This document shows, piece by piece, positions 16,437 to 29,866 of a stretch of DNA of 64,000 nucleotides. The stretch spans positions 22,944,001 through 23,008,000 of the forward strand of contig CP068257.2 of NCBI GenBank assembly GCA_009914755.4, in the 5' to 3' direction. How positions within the stretch are numbered: the stretch's first letter is position 1; each line of letters opens with the position of its first letter. This stretch comes from the human T2T-CHM13v2.0 reference genome, Homo sapiens. Under the pieces are notes generated by a model. That model did not search any database. It worked only from the letters and a program-made list of their open reading frames with translations, and was not told where the DNA came from. A program made the position numbers and the translations under genes.

Positions 16437-17392
16437 ACATTTCTCCTTTTTATAAAGCCTCCAACCTTCCTTTTGTCCTTCAGACGTACCAAAGACCACC
16501 TGATCTGTGTATACCCCAAATTGCAATTCTTGCTTCGAAATGAAACATTAAATTTAGAGATGTATCACCATATTTTATTTTGACTTCAACATAGTAAAAT
16601 ATAAAATAAATGTTTTCTGAAATACCTTTCTTTTTTTATTGTTTAAGCTCTTAAGGTGTAAGTCTTGACATATATTGTATATTTGGAAGAATATTCCAGT
16701 TGCCTGTTTGTTTGATTTGCCACATGTATAAGTGACTAAAACACAATGATACAAAACAAATAAAACATCTTCCATGGGTTAAATTAGGTGAATGAATATT
16801 TGGAAGACAGTTGGATAAAGTATGGTGACTTTTACAGTGTCCTTCCACTCTAACTTTGAGAATCAGAGCACATTGTGTGGGCCTAGGTTCCTGGGGGAAG
16901 ACCAGAAGGTTGAAATATATCAGGGAGCTGTCACACACACTGACTGTTAGATATCCATGCAGTACAAATCTTGGTGATTGTTCACTGTGGAACTTTGGGA
17001 CCTTGGCCCCTTTACCCTCTCACTATAACTCCAGATTTCAATATTGAGATGACTTCATGGAACAACTTGGTATATAGACCTGGGGTCACCTCATGAAAAT
17101 TCCTCAAGTAGCCCATGTGGACAGTTCTGAATACTACACTTTACTGGGGAAAGGAGCTTGATCCTACAGCAGACTGCTTATACTTGGATATTTAGTAAGA
17201 CGGTATAACATACTTCTTTTTATAGAATAAAAAGAAGGATCCTTCTTTTTATAGTGCGGTGTAACATCCTTGTTTTTATAGTGCTCAGAAATAGTTAAGT
17301 TGCTGTCATCATGGTAAATTATTGGCTTTTGTTCAGGTTAACTAAAATCTTTTAGGTATTTTTTTCGAATTTTTTCATTTAAAAATATTTTA

Positions 17393-17740
<348 letters not shown>

Positions 17741-20700
17741 TCAATAAGTATCATTTTTGATAATTCCATGTAAGTAATAAAACCATATTAGAAAGGAACA
17801 ATGTTCTACCATTTACTTGAAATAAATTTTTTTCTTAAACTTTTAAAATATATTTTGTTTCTTTGCTATCCTGGCAGATATTTTAAAAATATTTTATAGT
17901 TTATGTAACTACTATCGGTCAGGTTCTGAGTACTGTGTTACCATAAAAATTTATGGCGATTTTTAAGTCAGATTAAGCATCCCACTCCAGCCCTACATAG
18001 GCATGTGTGATCAAGGCAGCATTTCTACCACAAAGAGGTAGAATTAGTAAATCTAATTCTTCCAAACACAGTTTATGTTAAGTAACACTTTATCTTTACC
18101 CACATCAGTTCTTTTTATTATCAATTTTGGCATGATTATTAGGACAAGATTTTGAATTCTAACATTTTATTTTTTATTTTTATTTTCTATCACCAGTTTT
18201 GTGGCCTGTATCCAATCACCAAAGTCATGTTAAGTAATTTTTCATTATCTATAAATGTTAAAAAAGAGACTTCTAGCATAATTTGTGGCGAAGATTCATA
18301 AGCAACCTGCCTACTAATAAACAATTGTGCTTTAGAAAGCGACTTTAGAGTAAATTGAATATTTATGAAAATGGACTAATATCTGGAGCTAAAAAAAAAA
18401 TCCATGAAAGAGAAATAATCTATTTATACATAACTACTCTAAAAACAGAATTATTTTGTAAAGAAATTATTTATTTACTTGGATATCAGTTTATTAGTAA
18501 TAGAAAATGCCAACTAAATCAAACCTTTTGTGTGTGGAAGTTTATTATAAAATATAAAAAAATAATAAATAGAGATTTTCAAACATGTAAACAATAGGAA
18601 TAATATTTCCTTTTCTGAATATTTTTAATATTTTTCACTTATTCCAAACTTAAAATTTAAAAATCCTTAATATTATTTACAGGGTCCTAAATAATTGCAT
18701 ATATATCCATTATCCCCTCATGTTTGCTAGGCCATAGCCTTATATATCATTACAACTCTTGAACTTGGTGTGTTTGTTGCTGCCTCAGGATTCTGAATAC
18801 TGCTACCTTAAAGTAGAAATGCCTGTCATTTTCTCCATTTGAATGACTCCCATTCATCCAGTTACATTACAAATAATTATTTTAATGTCATACTCTTAGA
18901 AAAGACTTGTCTGAGGCCTTAGGCTAGTTAACTCTCCCTAATATATTTGGCATTGTATGCTGTTTAGAGTAATATGTATGTATTATGTATGTAATATGTA
19001 TGAACAGGGCAAGATACAGCAACAATAAATTATTTTGGAGACCAAATAATTTGGAAAACACAAGATAAGCATCTGATATATATTTAAGGAATTATTGACT
19101 TTGCACATTTTATTCCCACTAGTCTATAACTGTAAAACCCAAGGACAATGTTTTCCTTGTTCACTAATACAGATATACCACTTCCATACCAGTACTTTAC
19201 ACATAGTAGGCTTTAAATTATAACTCATTGAATGAAAGAATGAAAGAAATGGATATGTAAAACTACCTTTCTGGTTTTCAATCTGCTAAGCAAAAATAAG
19301 AGTTTGAAAATCAAAAGAAACATAGCTTACTTAATTGACCCACATACAGCATATCGAGTAATCCATTTTTAATACCTAGATCAAAATAATAGTTTTATAA
19401 TAAACTATTTTCCATTTTCAAATAAATATGAGTCAGTGATATAAGTACAACCTGTTACATAAATACATTGCCGTTACATGTTACGTAAATGCAATCTTTT
19501 ACACACCAATTGAACAAAAAAAATTAGGCTAGTGTTAAAACATATTGAAATTCAAGTTAGAATTCCTCCACATTGCATGTATATGCTTTAAAAAATGTAT
19601 TTACAATAATTCAATATTGACAGCCAACCTTAAATTGTCAAACAGGAAGATTACTTTTTGATTTGTTAAAAAAAACTTTATTTAAATTCTAAGATGATAA
19701 ATATGTATAGAATCTCTTAATCTCTGTGATTAATGCAATAAATGTTTACAGCCTCTTATGTAGTTAAATAATATGTTCAAAAACAATTGACCTGTGACAC
19801 AATCAACATAATTTATACCGTAAAATTCAAATAGATGATTGAAAACTGTAACTTAAGCATCTTAAAGTTTATTGATCCATTATTTTATAGCCTTGTCTTT
19901 GTCTAGGGAGATTTCATTTCAACAGCTAAAACATAGCAGTGATCATGAATTACATGTTTACCAGAAAAACCTCTGCTCAGTTGTTCCCAGAGGAGTGTTC
20001 ATTTCTCCCTCATTGTGCTCTAGTTCACATGCAGAGGAATTAACCAACCTGCCACATGTCAGTAATAAGATCTGAGAAGCCCCAGAGAGAGACAGAACCA
20101 GATATGGAACCAGTGACAGAAATATCTTCATCATCGTTTATGACCAAAACTTCTATATTACTTTACTATCGGGGGGACTAAGGATCATGAATGCTTCCTG
20201 AATATTTATAAATACCATGACGAAATGCGTGTTTTTATTATACTGAGAAAAAGACTTTTTTAGGTAAATTTATTTATCTTTTAATATCAGCTGTTTGTTT
20301 TCAACATGGAAAAAGTTTAGTTTTATGTATAATGTTGTTTTGAGTAGAGGTAGAGATCATAAAGTAATCTCTTACAAAATAACTCTGGAAATTAAACTGT
20401 TTTAAATATGCAAAGGAAAACTAGCATATATCTGTGCAGTTTCCTAGTATGTGATACGTGTTAAGGTTGCACTTACATAAACACCTGTTGTGAGTGTACT
20501 CCCCAGTTTAATTGCTTTTAAAGGTTTATGTCTCCGCACTGAAAATAGTTCTATAGTTTTGACATTTAACTTTGTTTCTATTTTATAAACGTCTTATAAA
20601 AAAGAGAATCAGCTGGGTTCTTATTTTTTATCTAAAATCTGTCCTTGTTAGACACTACAAGGAAAGTACATGGATTGATTTAATTTTTGCTGTGGAGTTC

Positions 20701-21755
20701 TCATTCACATATTTTTAATAAAATTTAAATGAACAAATTTATATAAAGTCCATACTCCATCTATAATGTAACATCAATTTACATAATAATTCTAAAAATA
20801 TACAGAGAAATTAAGCTGGAAGCATGACCAAATTAATCAAGAAAATTAAAAGGTGTTCTTTCTATTAGAAACAAGCAAACAAAAAGATATTCTTTCATCC
20901 TTTGTGTTATGTCTTAAATATCCATCTCAATCAATTCATGACAGGTTTTTAGATATGTAATTGGATCTTGCCTAAACTAACACAATTTACATGTATTTTA
21001 GCCCAATACCCTATATTTTATTTCAGAGTTCATACAATAATATAAAGGCACACGTATGTGTGTACATATATACATACACATGCGCATACATATGTGTATA
21101 TATAATTTCTCCTAATTCTATTTTTTGAACCTCTCTGCTCTGAATTTTTTTTTTATTTTAAAGATTACTGGTCATTAAATAAAAATCAGCTAATGCCATT
21201 TAGAAACTTAAATCATCGGCTTAATGTCTTCCTCAATTCACACGCTTCAAAATGTACAATCTATAGGATTAATTTAACCTTTACACAACAAATATGTAAT
21301 GAGCCAAATTTCTGCCACTCAGGATAATTTACATGAGTTTTTGATTGGGAAGTAAGTTACTCAAGAAGTGAAATTCCGACACAATAAAAGCAACTTTCGG
21401 GTCCTGATTTCAAGAACAGCCTGATTGCAAAGATGACCTCCTGCCACAAAAGCTTCAACAGCAGAGACTGTGGCCATGGCTGCATCACCTCTAATGTTCG
21501 GTGAGGCAGTGGCGACCCCAACAGAGTACAGATGGCCAACTGTTCTTAATGCTTTCGAGCACTGTACCTGGAAGACTAGCTTGAAACTGTTCTGGAAATC
21601 CAGTAGCATATGTCTGTCATTTCTGGGAAATTTTCTTTCATTATTATTTTGACATTTTCTCCACAGTTTTGTTCATCCTCTCTTTTAGTAATTCTATTAG
21701 CTGGAAGTTTGATTTTCTTGAGCGATCATCTAAAGTTTTTATGTCTTCTCTTTTA

Positions 21756-22165
<410 letters not shown>

Positions 22166-22614
22166 TTATTTATGTCATTTTCATGCATGGTATTTATCTC
22201 AGAACACTGTATTTCATATTTTTGCATATTGATTTATGTAGTAAAATTTACATAAAATGAAATGCATGTAGTTTAACTGTACAATGTAATAAATTTAAAT
22301 AAATGTGTACACTTTTGTAATCCATATTCAAATCAAGATATAAAATACTTCCAATAGACTACCACTTTCTTCCAGTCAATCCCTCATTCCAAAAAAAAAA
22401 AAAATCTGTCCCAATCGTATCACCATGAAATGGTTTTGTCTATTTTTGAGCTTTATAAAAAATAAGTCATACAATTTGTACGTTATTGGGTTTGGCTTGG
22501 TTTCCTCAATAAAACATTTTTGAGATTTGTGTTATTTCAAATATCAGTATGTATTGTAATATTTTATACTGCTGAGTAGTATCCATTGTATGAATATAAT
22601 ACACTTTTTATCTA

Positions 22615-23055
<441 letters not shown>

Positions 23056-23384
23056 TTATCTGTGGGAAATTCTTAGAAATAGAATGGTTGAGTCAGCAAC
23101 TAGGTAAATGGACAGTTTTTCCAAAATTGTTTAAACATTATATACTCCCATTAGCTGTGTATGACAGCTCCAAATCCCATTTATCTGCAACAGATTTGAG
23201 ATAGAGATTGTAATTTTAGTCATTCTAGTGGGTGTGCAGTGATATCACTTGTTGGATTTAATTAGAGTGTTCCTGATAATTAATGATGTGGAGTATTTTG
23301 TCTAGAGTGGGAACTAGAGGGAGGCGGCTCTAGGGTGTCCTTGGTTACATCTATGCAGAGTAGAGCCTCCGAAGCATGGAAGTG

Positions 23385-23641
23385 GAAGGCAGTGCGATGG
23401 TGCGATCTAGGCTCACTGCAACCTCCTCCCCTGGGTTCAAACGATTCTCTTGCCTCAGCCTCCCAAGTAGCTGGGATTACAGATGCACACCACCACATTC
23501 AGCTATTTTTTGTATTTTTAGTCAAGACGGGGTTTCATTATGTTGGCCAGGTGGGTCTTGAACGCCTGACCTCAGGCATCCACCCACCTCAGCCTCCTTA
23601 AGCGCTGGGATTGCAAGCGTGAGCCACCACAACCAGCCTGG
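23385..23641 (-). mobile_element. Alu, antisense, lacking the poly-T end
   Basis: gcagtgcgatggtgcgatctaggctcactgcaacctcctcccctgggttcaaacgattctcttgcctcagcctcccaagtagctgggattacag ... gcgctgggattgcaagcgtgagccaccacaaccagcctgg. Confidence 0.9.
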
Positions 23642-24532
23642 TTAGATTTTTTAAAAAATGTAATTCTTACTAGTAACTGTTTTGCTAAGGAGAGGGCCTG
23701 TCATCCTCTTCACACAGCCATTCCAGAAATCCCACATCTTCCCCTTCCTTTTTGAAGGATACCTTTTTGAGATATAAAAATCTCAGTTTACAGGGTATGT
23801 TATTTTTGTGTATTGTTTCCACTAATTTGTTTGCTTACAACACTTTAAATATGTTGTTCCTTTATTGTATGGCTCAAATTGTTTTTTTTTGTCTATTTAT
23901 GTAACGTGGTTTGCTTATTTCCTAGAGTGTGCATACACGTTTCTCTGTCTGACAGGGTGAGAGTGATTGGTGATTCAGATTCCTTCTGTAAGTCAATTCG
24001 AGCCTTAATAGGTTTTGTGCATTGGTTCTTATTCCAACTTTTCACCTCCAGTGGCACCAGAACATTTTTGTTTGAAATATTTGAATTGTAAATGAATTGA
24101 AGTTTTGGGTTTTTCAGTTTACAGTTGATTCAACTAAATGCCCCCAAGATGGGCAACACTGTATTTTTTTCTTCCTTATAGCCCCTCATCCAATGCCCCT
24201 TTTAAAGCAAAATGGGAAGAGACAGCAAACCAAGTGCAAATCTAGAAGTATGAACCTACCACAGTTCTCTTCTCAATTCTACAAAGCTTGATTTTAATCT
24301 AGAATTTTTGTTAGTGAGGCTCCCTTAAATCTACTATTATTTTACAGCTCTATCTTAGACTTTGCTGCCTGGGTAAATCACACTTCCATATGTCCTATGT
24401 TGTTTGAGGTCAATCAATATTTGTAAAATACAATTTAAACTATTTTAAATGACTTCTTTTTAATGTGAAAGAATCAAAATAAAATTTGTCTGTATAGATT
24501 TTCTTTATGTTATGTCATTTTATTTTACTTTA

Positions 24533-24755
24533 TTTCAATGAGATAGGGTCTCACTCTGTTGCCCAGGCTAAGTGCAGTGGCATGATCAGGGCTCACTGCA
24601 GCCTCGACTTCCTGGGTTCAAGCAATCCTCCCACTTCAGCCTCTAGAGTAGCTGAAACTGCAGGCATCCACTACCATGGATGTCATGGATTTAAAAAAAA
24701 TTTTTTTTTAAATTTTTTTATAGAGACATGACCTTGCTTTGTTGCCCAGGCTGTT
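24533..24755 (-). mobile_element. Alu-derived fragments (AluJ-like), antisense, rearranged
   Basis: gagatagggtctcactctgttgcccaggctaagtgcagtggcatgatcagggctcactgcagcctcgacttcctgggttcaagcaatcctcccacttcagcctc ... tagagacatgaccttgctttgttgcccaggctg. Confidence 0.7.
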
Positions 24756-24837
24756 TTTACATTATTTAAAACTCAATGTTTTGAATGTCTCTAAGAAAGC
24801 CATACTTTTTTGTTAATATATCTATATTACAAAAGAT

Positions 24838-24960
24838 ATATGCATGCATACACATACATACATACACACATATAATCACAAAAAGATGTGTGTATGTATA
24901 GTGTGTCTATGTGTGTGTATATATATATAGTATATACACATGCATTAAAATGTATATGTA
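24838..24960. repeat. Imperfect (CA)n/(TA)n/(CATA)n compound microsatellite
   Basis: tgcatgcatacacatacatacatacacacatata ... gtgtgtgtatatatatatagtatatacaca. Confidence 0.8.
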
Positions 24961-25491
24961 TTTTAATTATACCATGGAAGAAAAGAAGGGAAAATACATA
25001 TGTATTCATTAAACATGCATACTTAGAACATATTATGGTCTTGTCTTTATTGTTAGATTAATTTTTATGTATGACTGTGTCTCACTTTCAGTTCTGAAAC
25101 CCTGGAATTAACTGATTAACAATGCCAATGCAAATATATGTTTCTTACTGTATAATTATAGCTTAAAATTAGAAGTCCCATTCGTTATTTTTAAATGCAG
25201 AAATTAGAGTGTGCCAGAAAAGTCATTAAATATTAATTCGATTAAAACAGAGATCAGTAAAGAAGAATTTTCTTATATCACAGAAATAAGGCAGTGCTGA
25301 TAGAAAACATACAGAGAAGAAACCCAAATAATTCTTAATAAATTAAAACAAACAAAAAAGAATGTAACTCTCCTTTTGATCTTCAGAAAAAGAGACCCCC
25401 TTCTGTGGTTGAAAGGAGAGATATACTTTTAACTAAAGTCAATTATAGATAATAATTCATCATCATAATTGAGTTTTTGATGAGAGGCAAT

Positions 25492-26158
25492 GTGTTAGTT
25501 TTCTATGGCTGCTGTAACTAATTACCACAAACTGGGGACTTAATAGAATAGACATTTATTCTCTCTAGCTGTGGAGACTAGAAGTCTTAAATCAGTATCA
25601 CTGGACCAAAACCAAAATGTCAGCATGGCCATACTGCCTCTAGGTGATCTAGGGGTAAACCCATTTATTACTTTTTTTTTATTTATTTTTTTAACAAAAG
25701 AAGGAGCTTTAATGGACTTACAGTTACACGTGGCTGGGGAAGCCTCACAATCATGGAGGAAGGCAAGGAGGAGCAAGTCACATCTTACATGGATGGCAGC
25801 AGGCAAAGAGAGAGCTTGTGCAGGGAAACCCCCATTTTTAAAACCATCAGATCTTGTGATTTCTTGCTCTTTTTAGCTTGTAGTGAGTACAGGCATTTAC
25901 ACTACTCTGGTATCTATCCCTGTGGTCATGTTGCCTTCTCCTCCTCTGTCTATATCAAATCTTCCTCTGCATTCCTCTTATTAGGATAAATGTGATTGTA
26001 TTTAGGACCCACCTTTATAATCAAGGATAATCTCCCTCATCTCAAAATTTTCAATTTAGTAACATCTGTAAAATCATCTTTTCCATACAAATTAGCATTC
26101 AAAAGTCCTAGAAATTAGAATGTGAATATCTTTTGGGAGGTCATTATTTCAATAATAA
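25492..26158 (-). mobile_element. MaLR LTR (MLT1/MST-like), antisense, probably solo
   Basis: Left end tgtgttagttttctatggctgctgtaactaattaccacaaactgggg is the reverse complement of the typical MaLR LTR 3' end (...ccacccagtttgtggtaatttgttacagcagccctaggaaactaatacag). Interior ggaagcctcacaatcatggaggaaggcaaggaggagcaagtcacatcttacatggatggcagcaggcaaagagagagcttgtgcagggaaac is the reverse complement of a THE1/MST-type LTR block. Right end gtcctagaaattagaatgtgaatatcttttgggaggtcattatttcaataa is the reverse complement of the MLT1 5' start. Confidence 0.55.
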
Positions 26159-27267
26159 TGGTAAGAATCAATTCTAGAACACAGATTGTAAAAAGGGACT
26201 ATTTTTTCAAAAAACTTTGATTCACAAAGAAAGTGAATCTTTTTCCTTTCCCACATATATAACAAAAAGTGGACAATACTGAAATAAATAAAAGTTTTGT
26301 TTAAAAGGCAAACATAAGAACCATTCATGTTTTTCATTTTTTTTGTAAATTGGAATGTTTAGATGGCAATGTTTATGCCTATTAAGGTGCAATTTGAAGG
26401 AGTATATCATGAGGCTATGTTGGAGAATTATGGGACTTCTTTAACGCAATGTTCCAAAGTGAACATCATTGCTATTTCTAGTTTCTATATCTTTGCTGTT
26501 GTGCTACATAGGCAAGGTTGTTAGCATATATTTTAATATTAATAAACTGCTTAGCTTACATTTGTAATGGGTACAGTGTGAAGCACTGTAGTTCAGAGCA
26601 CTTAAAATATCACTGATTGATTCACAAATGCTAGCAAATTTCTGTCTTGCATGTAGTATCCGTGTGTGTGTGTAAACAAATCAGATGCCATATTTTTATT
26701 ATTTTTCTTAAGTTTGGCTAAGAGTCTTCCCCCTTTTAAATATTATTCTCATATGAATTGCCTGAGACTTCTCTTAGAGGAAAAAAGTATCATGTTTGTT
26801 CACTGCGGAACATTCTGTTTTCACATTTTGAGCTTAAGAAAAAAAGTACTAAAAATAATTTGAAACTACACATTTGACAGGGGACTAATATTCAGAATTT
26901 ACAAGGAACTCAAACAGTTCAAAAATAAAAACAACAATGAAAACAACACCATTAAAAAGTGGGCAAAGGACCTGAGTAGACATTTTTCAAACAAAGATAT
27001 ACTTCTTAAAAAGACAAAACATAACAGATTTTGGAAGGGAACTCAAATAACTCAACAGTAAAATAACAAATAATCTACTTTTTTAAATGGGCAATTGTTC
27101 TGAATAGACAGTTCTCAAAAGAAGACATGTAAATGACCAACAAGTATATGAAAAAATGTTCAACATCATTAACCATCAGGGAAATGCAAATCAAAGCCAC
27201 AATGAGAGATCATCTCACACCAAATAGAATGGCTATTACCAAAAAGACAAAAAATAACACATGCTGG

Positions 27268-29548
27268 TGATATGGTTTGGCTGTGTTCCCACTCAAATCT
27301 CATCTTGAAATCCCACATGTTTTGAGAGGGACCTGGTGGGAGGTAATTGAATCATAGGGCAGGTCTTTCTCATGCTGTTCTCATGATAATGAATAAGACT
27401 CACGAGATCTAATGGTTTTGAAAAACAAGAATCTCCCTGCACAAACTCTCTCTTTGCCTGCTGCCATCCATGTAGGACATGATTTGCTCCTCCTCACCTT
27501 CCACTATGATTGTTAGGCTTCCCCAGCCACATGGAACTGTAAATTCAATTAAACCCCTATCCTTTGCAAATTGCCCAGTCTCAAGTATGTCTTTATTAGC
27601 AGCGTGAAAATGAACTAATACAGTAAATTGGTAGCAGCAGAGTGGGGCATTGCTGAAGAGATACCCAAAATGTAGAAGCAACTTTGGAACTGGGTGAGAG
27701 ACAGAGGTTGGAACAGTTTGAAGGGCTCAGAAGAAGACAGGAAAATATGTGAAAGTTTGGAACTTCCTAGAGACTTGAATGGCTTTGAGAAAAATGCTGA
27801 TAGTGATATGAACAATAATGTCTAGGCTGAGGTGGTCTCAGATGGAGATGAGGAAATTGTTGGGAACAGGAGCAAAGGTGACCCTTGTGATAATTTAGCA
27901 AAGAGACTGATGTCATTTTGCCGTGCCCTTGAGATTTGTGGAACTTTGAACTTGAGAGAGGTGATTTAGGGTATTTGGAAGAAATTTCTAAGTGGCAAAG
28001 CACTCAAGAGGCGATTTGGGTGCTGTTAAAGGTATTCCATTTTATAAGCGAAGGAGGGCATAAAAGTTTGGAAAATTCGCAGCCTGACAATGTGATAGAA
28101 AAGAAAATCCCATTTTCTGAGGAGAAATTCAAGCCAGCTGCATAAATTTGCATAAGTAACAAGGAGCTGAATGTTAATCCCCAAGACAACAGGGAAAATG
28201 TCTCCAGGTATGACAGAGGTCTTCATGGCAGCCCCTCCCATCACAGGCCCAGAGGCCTAGGAGGAAATAAAGGTTTTGTGGGCCAAGCCCAGGTTTCCTG
28301 TGCTGTGTGCAGTCTAGGGACTTGGTTCCATGAATCCCACCTTCTCCAGCTGTGAATAAAAGGGGACTAGGCAAAGCTAGGGCCATGGCTTCAGTGGGTA
28401 CAAGCCCCAGTCTTTGGCAGCTTTCATGTGGTGTTTAGCCTGAGGGTACATAGAAGTAAAGAATTGAGGTTTGGGAACCTCTGCCTAGATTTCAGTGTAT
28501 GTATGGAAATGCCTGGATGTCTAGCCAGAAGTTTGCTGAAGGGGAGGAACTCTCATGGAGAACCTCTGCTAGGGCAGTGCAGTAGGGTAATGTGGTGTCA
28601 GAGCCTCCACACAGAGTCCCTACTGGGGCACTGCTTAGTGGAGCTGTGAGAAGAGGGCCACCATCCTCCAGATCCCAGAATGTTAGATCCACTGACAGCT
28701 TGCACAGTGTACCTGGAAAAGCTGCAGACACTCAATGCCAGCCAATGAAGCCAACTGGGAGGGAAGATGTACCTTGCAGAGCCACAGGGGCAGAGCTTCC
28801 CAAGACCATGGGAACCCACTTCTTGCATCAGCGTGACCTGGATGTGAGACATGGAATCAAAGGAGATAATTTTGGAGCTTTAATACTTGACTGCCCCCTT
28901 GGATTTCAGACTTGCATGGGGCCTATAGCCCATTTATTTTGGCCAATTTCTCCCATTTGGCATATCTGTATTTACCTCATGCCTGTACCCCCATTAGCAT
29001 CTGGGAAGTAATTAACTTGCTTTTGATTTTACAGGCTTATAGGTGGAAGAGATTTGCCTTGTCTCAGGTGAGATTTTGGACTGTAGACTTTTGAGTTAAT
29101 GTTGAAATGAGTTAAGCCTTTAGGAAACCCTTGGGAAGGCATGATTGGTTTTGAAATTTGAGGACATGAGATTTGGGAGGGGCCTGGGGCAGAATCATAT
29201 GGTTTGGCTATGTCACACCCAAATCTCATCTTGAATCCCATGTGTTGTGGGAGAGATCAGGTGGGAGGTAAATGAATTATGGAGGCAGTTCATTCCCATG
29301 CTGTTCTTGTGATAATGAATAAGTCTCACAAGATTTGACAGTTTTGAAATACAGGAGTCTCCCTTCACATGCTCTCTCTTTGCCTGCTGCCATCCATATA
29401 AGATGTGACTTGCTCCTCCTTGCCTTCCACCACGATTGTGAGGCTTCCCCAGACACATGGAACTGTAAATCCAATTAAACTTCTTTGCTTTTTAAATTGC
29501 CCAGTCTCAGGTATATCTTCAGCAGCAGCATGAAAACCGACTAACACA
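27268..29548 (+). mobile_element. THE1-type MaLR retrotransposon, complete LTR-internal-LTR (5' LTR 27268-27622; non-coding internal region 27623-29204; 3' LTR 29205-29548), nested in the L1, 5-bp TSD gctgg
   Basis: 5' LTR tgatatggtttggctgtgttcccactcaaatctcatcttgaaatcccacatgttttgagagggacctggtgggaggtaattgaatcatagggcaggtctttctcatgctgttctcatgataatgaataagactcacgagatc ... cccagtctcaagtatgtctttattagcagcgtgaaaatgaactaataca. Internal gtaaattggtagcagcagagtggggcattgctgaagagatacccaaaatgtagaagcaactttggaactggg... 3' LTR tcatatggtttggctatgtcacacccaaatctcatcttgaatcccatgtgttgtgggagagatcaggtgggaggtaaatgaattatgg ... cagcagcatgaaaaccgactaacaca. Flanking gctgg occurs at 27263-27267 and 29549-29553. Confidence 0.85.
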
Positions 29549-29834
29549 GCTGGCAAGGATGTAGAGAAAAGGGAACCCTTATATACTTGTTGATGGAAAT
29601 GTAAATTGGTACAACTACCAATAGTATGAAAATTAGTATGGAGATGCCTCAAAAAGCTAAAAATAGAACTACTACATGATCTAACAATCCCACTACTGGG
29701 TATATATCCAAATGAATGGAAATCAATATGTTGAGGAGATATCTGCCCTGTCACATTAATTACAGCAATATTCACAGTAACAGATACATGGAATCAACCT
29801 AAGTGCCTGTCAACAAATGAATAGATAAATAAAC

Positions 29835-29836
<2 letters not shown>

Positions 29837-29865
<29 letters not shown>

Positions 29866-29866
29866 A
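29837..29866. repeat. (GT)n microsatellite inside the L1 3' UTR
   Basis: tgcgtgtgtgtgtgtgtgtgtgtgtgtgtatg. Confidence 0.9.

Noticed and set aside
21361-21609. 82-aa minus-strand ORF (..LRTVGHLYSVGVATASPNIRGDAAMATVSAVEAF..) with protein-like composition and a faint GxHLYS resemblance to proteasome beta subunits
   Set aside because: The similarity is limited to a few residues and the ORF is short. It sits in AT-rich unique DNA without splice-site context I could verify. Treated as a chance ORF; a BLASTP search would settle it.
28592-29011. 139-aa ORF on the + strand, plus overlapping ORFs on both strands at 28174-28852
   Set aside because: They lie entirely within the non-coding internal region of the THE1 MaLR element. 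MaLR internals carry no gag or pol. These are chance ORFs in a GC-richer repeat.
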